From Dehalococcoidia bacterium (GTDB lineage Bacteria > Chloroflexota > Dehalococcoidia > Plut-88900), in contig CBDFLQ010000007.1 of NCBI GenBank assembly GCA_965249275.1, positions 512,001 through 576,000 on the forward strand: 64,000 nucleotides of DNA, written 5' to 3'. The translations under genes were made by a program, and so were the position numbers. The notes beneath the pieces were generated by a model. The model was not told the DNA's origin. It did not search any database and worked only from the letters and a program-made list of their open reading frames with translations. Shown piece after piece: positions 27,181 through 36,789 of the stretch. Each line of letters opens with the position of its first letter. Within the stretch, counting starts at the first letter, position 1.

Positions 27181-27846
27181 ATAGCCAACCTCCCCATTAT
27201 CTACACCGTTCGCATGGATGTGACCGATGAAGTCCGCGATTTCTTCGAAGAATGGGCGTCCGGCAGGCACATCGAAGACCTGATGGCGGCGGGATTCGTG
27301 AGCGCCCAGCGTTTCCGCGCCTCCAAGGGGAAGCCCGAGTTCCTGCACCTCTATGAACTGGACAACATCGATTTCCTCAGCACCGACGCCTACAGGGCGG
27401 TTGCCAAGAACGATCCCTATATCACTGACGTCAGGAAAGGTCTCCAAAATCACTCGGCGTCCCTGTACGAGCAGGTTGTCTATCTGCCTTCGGGTGGGGA
27501 CGGGGGCCGGGTGCCGGGCGTAAGTTCACGTCACCTCATAACGGTGCAACTGGAAGTGGAGGAAGGGAAGGAGGACGAGCTAATAGAGTGGCACAGGGAG
27601 GAGCACATCCCAACTCTCCTTCAGGCGGACGGAATGCTGGCCGGAAGGCTATGCCGTCGGACGGTAGCTTATCCATCCATGCCGTGCCTGGACCCGACCT
27701 GGGTATCCATCTACGAGATGTCGGGACCGGACACGTTGCGGGACCCCAAGGTGAAGGAAGCCAACGAGACCGAGTGGGCCAAGCGCATGCACGCGGCGAC
27801 GACCGAGGCCCGGCTGTGCATCCTGGAGAGGATCACCCCTCCCTAG
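27181..27846 (+). CDS. EthD-like/DUF4286-like tandem dimeric alpha-beta barrel protein; apparent ATA start
   Basis: Two repeats of F.EW....HI..L....G..A.R; AAGGAG 7 nt before ATA at 27181. Confidence 0.65.
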   Translation: MANLPIIYTVRMDVTDEVRDFFEEWASGRHIEDLMAAGFVSAQRFRASKGKPEFLHLYELDNIDFLSTDAYRAVAKNDPYITDVRKGLQNHSASLYEQVVYLPSGGDGGRVPGVSSRHLITVQLEVEEGKEDELIEWHREEHIPTLLQADGMLAGRLCRRTVAYPSMPCLDPTWVSIYEMSGPDTLRDPKVKEANETEWAKRMHAATTEARLCILERITPP

Positions 27847-28787
27847 CGCACCACCATAATCACCCCGACAAGAGTGACCACTACGCCTGCCATCGTCTTC
27901 AAAGTCAGGCGTTCCCTCAGGAACAGCGGCGACATTAACGCTATCCAGAGCAGGGAGGTGTTGCTGAGGGTGAATGCCACTGCCAACCCGGCCTTCTCCA
28001 CCGCAATCAATATGAACAGGCTCCCGACCCCTAAGCCCAGGCACCCGTTCAGGATCGGTACGACATAGCCGCGGAGTGTCTGCCTGAGGCCCTCGTGGGC
28101 TGTTGAGATTGCAAGAGGCGCTTGGGCAGCCGCTCCCCGCGGCCTTAACAACTTCCCCACTCCCAAAAAGGACAGCACGGTGAGGAATACGAATATTGAG
28201 GGGAGTCGGGCTGAATTCAGTATTATAGGGTCCACCTCTCGAAGTGCCACAGCCTGCATGGAAAAGCCGGTTATCCAGAGCGAGGCAGCCATCACCAGGA
28301 ACCCCATCCCTCTAAATCCCAACCACACCGACTGTGCCAGGTCGGTCTCTTTCCTCTGGAAAAAGCTCAGCGCATAAATCCCAATCAGGATTACGGCAAT
28401 CCCTCCCAATGTCACTGCTGACAGGTCCTCGTCCAGGAAGAATTGTCCCGAGAGTACGGAAAGAATTGCCGAGATGCCGCCCGATAGAGGAATAGCCTTG
28501 TTGGCGTCCACCGACTTAAGAAAAATGAGAAAGAGCGTAAACCCAATTCCGAAGGAGACCACCCCACCACACGCCCCCAAGACTAATGAGGGTACGTGGA
28601 TGTCCGGAATTTCCCGGTATCTCCCCAACACCGCAGCAAGAATGAAGGAGAAGAACGTCCCCCCGAGAGCGGCCAACGCCGCCTGTTTCATTGGGGGCAG
28701 CCGACGGGTCAGCGCCTTGTCGATAAGCGAGCCAAACGCGTGGCTCAAGGACGCGCCAAGTGCGAACAGTTCACCTATCGGCAGCAC
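27843..28787 (-). CDS. DMT/EamA family transporter
   Basis: About 10 TM segments in two EamA halves; FLRERLTLK..AGVVVTLVGV. Confidence 0.85.
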   Translation of the reverse strand: MLPIGELFALGASLSHAFGSLIDKALTRRLPPMKQAALAALGGTFFSFILAAVLGRYREIPDIHVPSLVLGACGGVVSFGIGFTLFLIFLKSVDANKAIPLSGGISAILSVLSGQFFLDEDLSAVTLGGIAVILIGIYALSFFQRKETDLAQSVWLGFRGMGFLVMAASLWITGFSMQAVALREVDPIILNSARLPSIFVFLTVLSFLGVGKLLRPRGAAAQAPLAISTAHEGLRQTLRGYVVPILNGCLGLGVGSLFILIAVEKAGLAVAFTLSNTSLLWIALMSPLFLRERLTLKTMAGVVVTLVGVIMVVR

Positions 28788-28887
28788 GCTTCACTCTTTC
28801 GAAGGGTGAATTTCATAGGCGCCCATCATATCACCCAGCCTGCCAGTTCATTCGACCATATTCCTAATTCGGAGTACACTCCGCTCT

Positions 28888-30234
28888 ATGTCGGTCGTCT
28901 CCAAACTCCCCCTCGCGGGTCGGCTCACCTTCTTCTACGGCTGGCGCATCGTAGCCCTCGGCTTGTTACTCAACCTGATGACCGCGGGCCTGAGCTCCTC
29001 CGCCTTCTCCGTTTTCGTCAAGCCCATGGGCGACGATCTCGGCTGGTCCCGGGCTTCCATCGTACTAGCCGTCACTATAGCAACACTGGCCGCTGCGGTA
29101 TCCGGCCATTTCCTCGGGTTGGCCCTGGACAAGAAACACGGGGCTCGGCTTCTCACCACGGGCGGCATGCTGACAATCGGGATCAGCACCGTATTCATTG
29201 GCCAGGTGTATCAGAGCTGGCATCTCTATAGTCTCTTCTTCATCGCAGGAGCCGTCGGTCTCGCCGCATACCCGGGCCTCATAACCCCCACCATAGTCTC
29301 CAAGTGGTTCGTTCGTCGGCGGGGCATGGCCATTTCCTTTGCGAGTATGGGTCTGCCTTCCAGTGGATTCATCTTGAGCCCATATGCCAACTTACTCATT
29401 GAACATCTTGGCTGGCGGGACGCCTGGATTGTCCTTGGGCTGACGGCCCTGGCCGTTACGGTCCCAGCCTGTGCCCTATTCATGCGCCGCCGCCCCGAGG
29501 ACATCGGCCTCCGGCCCGACGGCGATGACCCTGCAGCCCCACGAGGCGCCGGTGAAATGATGCCCGTAGTTCCCGACGAGCATTCCTGGACCATCCCACA
29601 GGCCATTCGCACTCGGGCATTCTGGCTCATGCTCATCTCCAGCAGCCTCGGGATGTTTTGCTTTATCGGTGTCCTGATCAACTTCTTTGCTTTTGCCTCC
29701 GACGCCTCTATCGGATTTACCTCTGGTCAAGCAGGGTGGGCGTTCGCAACTTTCTCGTTCATTTCCCTTGCTGCCAAGGTCCCGTGGGCCTACCTCGCCG
29801 ACCGCCTCGATATCCGGGCGACTACTGCCTTCACCTATGCAGTGCCCGCCATAGCAATGGCCATCCTGATAAATGCCGACTCATTCTGGATGCTCGTTTT
29901 GTGGGGTCTCATATACGGAACGGGTGCATCGGGGATATCTCTACTGCCTTCCTTCGCATGGGGGTCATACTTCGGAAGGACCTTCCTCGGCTCCATAAGG
30001 GGCATAACATCCCCCATGACCTTCTTCGGTCAGGCCACAGGCCCTCTATTTGCCGCCTTGCTCTATGACAAACTAGGAAGCTACCAGGTTTCCTTCATAG
30101 TCTTCATCGGACTATTCCTGCTCTCCGCCGTTCTAATGCTCTTCGCCCGGAAGCCCGTGCCGCCCACCCCCGCCCCAACACCCGAAAACCAGCGCCTCTT
30201 CCCCGAAGACGCAGCCCGGAACATGGCCGGTTAA
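28888..30234 (+). CDS. MFS transporter
   Basis: FFYGWRIV, SKWFVRRRG.A, RRPEDIGLRPDG, YFGR..LGSI.G; TCGACC-17-TACACT promoter 7 nt before ATG. Confidence 0.92.
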   Translation: MSVVSKLPLAGRLTFFYGWRIVALGLLLNLMTAGLSSSAFSVFVKPMGDDLGWSRASIVLAVTIATLAAAVSGHFLGLALDKKHGARLLTTGGMLTIGISTVFIGQVYQSWHLYSLFFIAGAVGLAAYPGLITPTIVSKWFVRRRGMAISFASMGLPSSGFILSPYANLLIEHLGWRDAWIVLGLTALAVTVPACALFMRRRPEDIGLRPDGDDPAAPRGAGEMMPVVPDEHSWTIPQAIRTRAFWLMLISSSLGMFCFIGVLINFFAFASDASIGFTSGQAGWAFATFSFISLAAKVPWAYLADRLDIRATTAFTYAVPAIAMAILINADSFWMLVLWGLIYGTGASGISLLPSFAWGSYFGRTFLGSIRGITSPMTFFGQATGPLFAALLYDKLGSYQVSFIVFIGLFLLSAVLMLFARKPVPPTPAPTPENQRLFPEDAARNMAG

Positions 30235-30295
30235 CCTTGGAGGATCACACTCTGCAGATTCGACCCAACCCCTGATTCGCTGTACACTGGCGCAT

Positions 30296-31642
30296 ATGCC
30301 CCTCCCCCCCAAGCTCTCTCCGGCAGGTCGGCTCACATTCTTCTACGGTTGGCGAATCGTAGCCCTCGGTTACTTACTCAACCTCATGACCGCGGGGCTG
30401 AGCTCCTCGACTTTCTCCGTCTTCGTAAAGCCCATGGGTGACGACCTAGGCTGGTCCCGGTCATCCACGATACTCGCCACGACCACCGGGACTGTGGCGG
30501 CGGCCGTATTCGGGCATTTTCTCGGCACAGTGCTGGACAAGAGGCACGGGGCCCGGCTTCTAACCACCGGCGGTATGATCACAATCGGCGTCTGCGCCAT
30601 CCTGTTCGGCTTCGTCCAGGAGACCTGGCACCTTTATGGGCTTTTCTTCATCGGCGGCGCCGTCGGACTCTACGCCTACCCCGGCCTCCTGACGCCAACC
30701 ATAGTCTCCAAGTGGTTCGTACGTCGGCGGGGCATGGCCATCTCCTTGGCCAGCATGGGTCTGCCATCTAGCGGCATTCTGCTTAGCCCTTATGCCAATT
30801 TACTCATAGCCCATCTGGGCTGGCGCGACGCCTGGATGGTCCTCGGCATAACGGCCCTGGTTGTCACGGTCCCCTTGTGCGCCCTATTTATGCGCCGACG
30901 CCCCGAGGACATAGGTCTCCGCACCGACAATGACGAACCGGCTTCACGCTTACGGTCCGGCAAGTTTGCCCCAGTACTGCCTGACGAACACTCCTGGACC
31001 ATCCGCCAGGCAATCGCCACTCGTTCGTTCTGGCTCATCCTCATCTCCAGCAGCCTGGGGATGATGTGCTTCATGGGCATACTGATCAATTTCTTTGCCT
31101 TCGCCACCGACACCGATGCCGGCTTCACAACAAACCAGGCATCCGTAGCCTTCGCCGCATTCTCCGGCTTTTCCCTCATAGGCAAGCTCCCGTGGGCCTA
31201 CCTCTCCGACCGCATAGACATTCGAATCTCCACCGTTTTCACGTATACGGTTCCCGCTGTTGGTATCGCCCTTCTCATCAACGCCGATGCATTCTGGATG
31301 CTTTTGCTCTGGGGTATCGTTTTCGGGACCGGCATCTCCGGTATTGCCCCTCTCCCAGCCTTAGCCTGGGGTTCATATTACGGTCGTACTTTCCTGGGCT
31401 CCATAAGAGGCGTGACATCTCCCATCGCTTTCCTAGCCCAGGCCTCGGGCCCCCTCTTTGCGGCCTTCCTGTACGACAATTTGGAAAGTTACCAAGCCTC
31501 CTTCTCCGTTTTCATCGGCCTGTTCCTTTTCTCAGGCTGCCTCATGCTCTTCGCCCGAAAGCCCGTGCCCCCCTCCCCCCTCCCAAAACCCGAGAGCCAA
31601 CGTCTCTTCCCTCAGGAAGTTGTCCATGACCTTGTTGGCTAG
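30296..31642 (+). CDS. MFS transporter, tandem duplicate of 28888-30234
   Basis: Same length (448 aa), collinear high identity, same promoter layout. Confidence 0.92.
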   Translation: MPLPPKLSPAGRLTFFYGWRIVALGYLLNLMTAGLSSSTFSVFVKPMGDDLGWSRSSTILATTTGTVAAAVFGHFLGTVLDKRHGARLLTTGGMITIGVCAILFGFVQETWHLYGLFFIGGAVGLYAYPGLLTPTIVSKWFVRRRGMAISLASMGLPSSGILLSPYANLLIAHLGWRDAWMVLGITALVVTVPLCALFMRRRPEDIGLRTDNDEPASRLRSGKFAPVLPDEHSWTIRQAIATRSFWLILISSSLGMMCFMGILINFFAFATDTDAGFTTNQASVAFAAFSGFSLIGKLPWAYLSDRIDIRISTVFTYTVPAVGIALLINADAFWMLLLWGIVFGTGISGIAPLPALAWGSYYGRTFLGSIRGVTSPIAFLAQASGPLFAAFLYDNLESYQASFSVFIGLFLFSGCLMLFARKPVPPSPLPKPESQRLFPQEVVHDLVG

Positions 31643-31645
31643 CCC

Positions 31646-32890
31646 ATGAAACGCCGCCCCTTCTTCGGTTGGTGGGTTGTCCTTACAGGATTCATTGACC
31701 AATTCACTGCCGCGGGATTCGGCGTCTACGCCTTCAGCGTCCTCGTCAAGCCCATGTCCGATGACCCGGACCTGGGGTGGTCTTCTACCCAACTTGTCTG
31801 GGGCATCACCATCGGCATCGTCATAGCCACCAGCACCGGGCCTCTCTTCGGCCTATTCCTGGACAAGCGGCACGGTCCCCGACTCCTCATGCTCGCGTTT
31901 GGGCTGACCGGGGCCCTGGGCCTCGCACTCACAGGCCGGGTGGAGCATCTGTGGCAATACTATCTGGTCTTCGGGGTCGTCTCTGCCTTCTTCATCCACT
32001 CCACCATCTTCCTGGTCGTCCCGACTGTCGTTTCCAAATGGTTCATCCGAAAACGAGGTCAAGCCCTGATCTTCTCTACAATGGGCAGGCCAGCGAGCGG
32101 CCTGCTGATGCTCCCTCTTACCCAGGTCCTTATGTCCGCTGTGGGCTGGCGCACTACGTGGCTGATCCTCGGCATTGCCGTCGCGGCCATAGTAATCCCG
32201 CTAAATGCGCTCTTCCTACACCGCCGCCCCGAGGACCGCGGCCTCCTCCCCGACGGTGATCCCGAGCCAATCCGCCTCCCCGACTCCTCTGAACTAATCG
32301 AGTCGAGCTGGACCCTCGGTCTCGCACTCCGCACCCGGGCCTTCTGGATGGTCCTTCTAGCCACCAACCTCAGCGGCTCGGGCATCATTGGCGTACTGGT
32401 CAACCAGGTCGCCTACCTGAAGGAGTTTTACAGCGATGGGTGGGCCGTCGGGGGAGCAACGCTGGTCACGGCATCCAGCCTGTTCGGCAGGTTTGGCTGG
32501 CTGCTCGTCGCCGACCGCCTCAACCCTCGCTACTCCGCCGCCATCAGCTTCCTTCTGTCCGCCGCTGGGATGCTATTCTTCCTCTACGCCGACAACGTGG
32601 TCATGATGGTGCTTTGGGGATTATCATTTGGTGTCGGCATCGGGGGCATGGACCCCATGACATCACTGCTGTGGGCGCGGTTCTTTGGCCGTCGATTCAT
32701 AGGTTCGATTAGGGGATTCGTGACCATGACTAACATGGTATCCATAGCAGGTTCGCCTTTGCTGGTGGCTGCCATCTTTGAAGCTACCGGCACCTATAGG
32801 CCGGCCTTTTTGATTCTCCTCGCTGCGTTTCTCGCGTCCGCAGTATTTATCCTCGTGTCCCGGCCCCCGAAGCGCCCCTCCCGAGAATAA
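31646..32890 (+). CDS. MFS transporter (more distant paralogue)
   Basis: FFGWWVV, SKWFIRKRG, RRPEDRGLLPDG, FFGRRFIGSIRG. Confidence 0.9.
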   Translation: MKRRPFFGWWVVLTGFIDQFTAAGFGVYAFSVLVKPMSDDPDLGWSSTQLVWGITIGIVIATSTGPLFGLFLDKRHGPRLLMLAFGLTGALGLALTGRVEHLWQYYLVFGVVSAFFIHSTIFLVVPTVVSKWFIRKRGQALIFSTMGRPASGLLMLPLTQVLMSAVGWRTTWLILGIAVAAIVIPLNALFLHRRPEDRGLLPDGDPEPIRLPDSSELIESSWTLGLALRTRAFWMVLLATNLSGSGIIGVLVNQVAYLKEFYSDGWAVGGATLVTASSLFGRFGWLLVADRLNPRYSAAISFLLSAAGMLFFLYADNVVMMVLWGLSFGVGIGGMDPMTSLLWARFFGRRFIGSIRGFVTMTNMVSIAGSPLLVAAIFEATGTYRPAFLILLAAFLASAVFILVSRPPKRPSRE

Positions 32891-32891
32891 A

Positions 32892-33917
32892 GTGCTCTAC
32901 ATCTTTCACGGCGAAGACGACTTCACACGGCGGGAAGCCCTTGCGCGCTTAGCCGAAAGCCTCGACGCGCCGGAGGCCCTGGCCACCAACACGTCAAAGC
33001 TGGATGGCTCGGACCTGAGCTACGAACAGCTTATGTCCATCATCAACGCGATGCCCTTCCTAGCCGAGCATCGGCTGGTTATCGTGCAGGGCCTGCTCAG
33101 CAAATCGAACCCGCCGGACCGTCGGAGGTCCGGAAGCGGCGCTGCTCCAAGACGACGTAAAGGGTCCAAGGAAGCCGCTCAATGGGACCAACTCCCAGAC
33201 GCAGTGAAAGTCATGCCCTCCACAACCGTCCTGGTTCTAGAAGACGGGCCGCTCCATAGAGACAATCCCCTGCTTAAGGCCTTCGCTCCCGACGCCCAGG
33301 TGAAAACTTTCGAGCCCCTGCGCGGGGCTAACCTACAGCGTTGGATTCGTGAACGAGTCTCAAGCACCGGAGGCCGTATATCCGAAAAGGCCGTCTCACT
33401 CCTAATGGCCTCTTTCGACGGTTCCCTCTGGAGGTTGGCTGGGAATATAGAAAAACTCAGCCTCTATGCAGCAGGCCGGGCCATTGATGAACAGGATGTC
33501 AGAAAGCTGGTCAATAGCACCCAGGACTCCAACATTTTCGCCCTGGTTGACGCAGTCATACAGGGGAATCGTACCAGGGCATTTCGTCAGCTCTCAGCTC
33601 TCATGGACGACGGAATCTCTGGCTTTCACATCCTCACGATGATCGGACGGCAGCTTCGCCTTATTGCCCTTGCCATCGACCTGCGCGCCCGCCGCGTTCC
33701 ACCCTCCGAGTTTCCGAAGCATCTTGGGATGTCATCTCGCTTTGCGCTGGACAAGGTCATGGACCAAGCCTCGACCACCACCCTACCCGCCGTCACCAAA
33801 GCCTACGAGAACGTCCTGAACACGGACCTACAGTTGAAGTCCACCGACATGCCTGAGGGAATCGCTCTGGAGATGCTTGTCGGCGACCTATCCACCACCC
33901 TCCATCCCAAGAAATAG
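32892..33917 (+). CDS. holA: DNA polymerase III subunit delta
   Basis: YIFHGEDDF, MPFLAEHRLVIV, IEKLSLY, NIFALVDAV, DLQLKS. Confidence 0.88.
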   Translation: MLYIFHGEDDFTRREALARLAESLDAPEALATNTSKLDGSDLSYEQLMSIINAMPFLAEHRLVIVQGLLSKSNPPDRRRSGSGAAPRRRKGSKEAAQWDQLPDAVKVMPSTTVLVLEDGPLHRDNPLLKAFAPDAQVKTFEPLRGANLQRWIRERVSSTGGRISEKAVSLLMASFDGSLWRLAGNIEKLSLYAAGRAIDEQDVRKLVNSTQDSNIFALVDAVIQGNRTRAFRQLSALMDDGISGFHILTMIGRQLRLIALAIDLRARRVPPSEFPKHLGMSSRFALDKVMDQASTTTLPAVTKAYENVLNTDLQLKSTDMPEGIALEMLVGDLSTTLHPKK

Positions 33918-33966
33918 GCCTATGCCCTGCGCACAATGCCAGGACGTGAATAACAGCGTTCTACCA

Positions 33967-34602
33967 TCACCTCAGCGGCTCGGGTTGAAACCTCCCCGCC
34001 TTCAACTCGGTGATCAGGTCTTCCAAACACGAGATCCGCCGCTCGAACCGCGTACCGTTCTTCGCAATGTCGTGGGTCTGGTGTGAATCGCTGGTCGCGA
34101 CTCCTTTCAGGTTCAGCCTCCGGCAAAGCTCCATCGCGAATGCGTTCTCCTGCTCAGACCCGCGCCCGTTGTTCACCTCGGCGCCCTCCACAATTGCTAA
34201 CATACTGTTGGTGCTGGCTTTCTGGAGCATACGCTCGTACTCTTCGGCGTTCTTGAACTCGGGCCTGAACCTTCTGCGGTATGGGTGCGCCGCCAGCATT
34301 GCCCCACCGCTTTTATCCACCAAGTCCTTCAGGAACCATGTCTTGTGCATCCCAAACACGTAGTGGTCCAGCCCAAAAACCAGCAGGTGCCCTTCGTCGG
34401 TGTTTATCTCGACACCCGGGATCACCAGAAAGTCCATGCTCTTGCCAATGTCCACAAGCTCATCATAGTCCCAGAAGAAATCGTGCTCCGTAACTGCTAT
34501 CCCGTCCAATCCCGCCTTCTTAGCTACTTCTATTAGGTGCTCGGGAGCCAAGAGGCTGTCATCAGAATACTTGGACGTGTGGTTGTGCAGGTCAATTAGC
34601 AT
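33967..34602 (-). CDS. PHP domain-containing protein
   Basis: DLHNHT, VTEHD, GHLL, AHPYR, SDSH; paralogue of 11734-12390. Confidence 0.9.
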   Translation of the reverse strand: MLIDLHNHTSKYSDDSLLAPEHLIEVAKKAGLDGIAVTEHDFFWDYDELVDIGKSMDFLVIPGVEINTDEGHLLVFGLDHYVFGMHKTWFLKDLVDKSGGAMLAAHPYRRRFRPEFKNAEEYERMLQKASTNSMLAIVEGAEVNNGRGSEQENAFAMELCRRLNLKGVATSDSHQTHDIAKNGTRFERRISCLEDLITELKAGRFQPEPLR

Positions 34603-34791
34603 TGCGTCAGATTAGTTCAACGATTCACAATAGTCTGTCACGACCCCCTTGCCCCGTCAACCATCACGATAAAAGCCGCAAAGAGCTTAACGAAGGGAAT
34701 TGAAGATGAATGGGGCCTTCGAATCATAGGTCATTCCGTTTCCACTCCCCTCTTATGCTAAAATCGCACTGTCGAGCTAGGTACACTACCC

Positions 34792-35025
34792 ATGTCTACT
34801 GATTACTCCGAAATCATAACCATAGACCCCCAAAAGCGGGGTGGAAAACCGTGCATCAGAAGATTGCGAATAACCGTCTATGACGTCTTGGAATACTTGG
34901 CGTCCGGAATGACCGAGGAACAAATCCTCGCCGATTTTCCAGACCTGCAGCCCCAAGACATTAGAGCATCTCTCGCCTTCGCCGCAGACCGGGAGCGTCG
35001 CCTCGTGGCATTGCCTCCCCAATGA
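34792..35025 (+). CDS. DUF433 family antitoxin
   Basis: ITIDP.KRGGKPCIR.LRITVYDVLEYLASGMT.EQILADFPDL...DIRA.LAFAA. Confidence 0.92.
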   Translation: MSTDYSEIITIDPQKRGGKPCIRRLRITVYDVLEYLASGMTEEQILADFPDLQPQDIRASLAFAADRERRLVALPPQ

Positions 35026-35075
35026 GGCTCCTCTTCGACCAATATCGGTTTCACAGACTCATGATGCTTTCGTAG
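35022..35075 (+). pseudogene. Truncated DUF5615 PIN-like toxin
   Basis: ATGA overlap with the DUF433 stop; MRLLFDQYRFHRLMMLS* matches the MRLLFDQNL start of DUF5615 PIN toxins, then terminates. Confidence 0.7.
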
Positions 35076-35145
35076 CTCAGCATTGAACCTACCCGGCTAC
35101 CTGTTCACTTCCTGCTTGCAAAAATAACCTCGCCAAATTACCTGC

Positions 35146-36474
35146 TTGGAGGCCCCCTTGGACCCGACTACCCACTCCGTCACAATGGAAAAGATCGTAT
35201 CCCTCTGCAAACGCCGTGGCATTATCTTCCAGAACTCCGAAATCTACGGTGGTCTCGGGAGCGTGTGGGACTACGGACCCCTGGGAGTCGAGCTCAAGCG
35301 CAACGTCAAGGACGCCTGGTGGCGCTCCATGGTCCAGCAGAGGGGCGACGTTGTGGGATTGGACTCCGCAATCCTGATGCACCCCAGGGTCTGGGAAGCC
35401 AGCGGCCACCTGGATAACTTTGCCGACCCCTTGGTCGAGTGCCGGGAGTGCAACCAGCGCTGGCGGGACGACGCCCTCGCCGAGGGACGCTGCCCCAACT
35501 GCAACGGCGAGGTGAGCGATCCACGAATGTTCAACCTGATGTTCAAGAGCTTCATGGGTCCCGTCGAAGAAGATGCCGCTGTCGTCTACCTTCGCCCCGA
35601 GACCGCCCAGGGCATCTTCGTAAATTTTGAAAACGTGCTCAATTCTACTCGGAAACGGCTACCCTTTGGCATCGCTCAGATAGGCAAGTCCTTCCGGAAT
35701 GAGATCACTCCTGGCAACTTCACGTTCCGTACTCGAGAGTTCGAGCAGATGGAGATGGAGTACTTCGTCATGCCGGAGGATGCGGACTCATCCCTCCAGT
35801 ACTGGGTCGAGCAGCGATTTCAGTGGTACCTGGACCTCGGTATCCGACCCGAGAACCTGCGTCTTCGCTGGCACGATACCGATGAGCTCGCCCACTACGC
35901 AAAGGCAACCGCAGACGTCGAATACCTCTTCCCAATGGGCTGGTCCGAGTTGGAAGGCATCGCAAACCGCACAGACTTCGACCTTCTTCAGCACTCCAAG
36001 ACCAGCGGTAAATCGCTCACGGTCTTTGACGAGGAGGCCAAGCAGCACGTCACTCCCTACGTCATAGAGCCATCGGGGGGCGTGGACCGAGCCACCCTCG
36101 CCTTCCTCGTCGACTCCTATCGCGAGGAAGAGGTGCGCGGCGAGACTCGAGTCCTCCTCAAGCTCCACAAGGACCTCTGCCCCGTCCAGGTAGCCGTGCT
36201 GCCCCTCAGCCGCAACCAGCGTCTCCTTCCCTTGTCACAGCAGGTATTCGATACGGTCCGAACTGATTTCCGTGCCCAGTATGACGACGCCCAGTCAATC
36301 GGGCGCAGGTACCGACGTCAGGACGAAATCGGGACCCCGCTCTGCGTCACTGTAGACTTCGAATCTCTCGACGACAACGCCGTGACCATCAGAGACCGAG
36401 ACACCATGTCCCAGTCCCGGGTCCCCATCGCCCGTCTCGTCGAATCCGTGAGAAATTCCCTCGCCTCTCTATGA
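35146..36474 (+). CDS. glyQS: Glycine--tRNA ligase (alpha2, class II); true start may be ATG 35185
   Basis: [63 protein letters not shown]. Confidence 0.95.
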   Translation: MEAPLDPTTHSVTMEKIVSLCKRRGIIFQNSEIYGGLGSVWDYGPLGVELKRNVKDAWWRSMVQQRGDVVGLDSAILMHPRVWEASGHLDNFADPLVECRECNQRWRDDALAEGRCPNCNGEVSDPRMFNLMFKSFMGPVEEDAAVVYLRPETAQGIFVNFENVLNSTRKRLPFGIAQIGKSFRNEITPGNFTFRTREFEQMEMEYFVMPEDADSSLQYWVEQRFQWYLDLGIRPENLRLRWHDTDELAHYAKATADVEYLFPMGWSELEGIANRTDFDLLQHSKTSGKSLTVFDEEAKQHVTPYVIEPSGGVDRATLAFLVDSYREEEVRGETRVLLKLHKDLCPVQVAVLPLSRNQRLLPLSQQVFDTVRTDFRAQYDDAQSIGRRYRRQDEIGTPLCVTVDFESLDDNAVTIRDRDTMSQSRVPIARLVESVRNSLASL

Positions 36475-36552
36475 AACCTCTCTGACTCTTGGCCTGGGCC
36501 TCGACTTGGAATCCTTTGAAGGCTTCCCATACAATGTCGGCGGGAGACCGTT

Positions 36553-36765
36553 GTGAAAATCACCTATGACGGGGATGTAGACACTCTTTACATACGCTTC
36601 GTAGAGACTACAGTCACTACCAAGCACGTGGCCGAAGGATTGGCAGCAGATTACGATGCCAACGGGAATCTGGCCGGTATAGAAGTGCTCGATGCTACCA
36701 AGAGCCTTGGGCCCGATTCATTGAGACAGATCACGTTGGAGAACATCTCCATAGCCGGCTCCTAG
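36553..36765 (+). CDS. DUF2283 family protein (putative antitoxin)
   Basis: MKITYD..VD.LYIRF, DYDA.GNL.GIEVLDA. Confidence 0.88.
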   Translation: MKITYDGDVDTLYIRFVETTVTTKHVAEGLAADYDANGNLAGIEVLDATKSLGPDSLRQITLENISIAGS

Positions 36766-36789
36766 GCCCGAGTCTCCCTCGCTAGGCCC

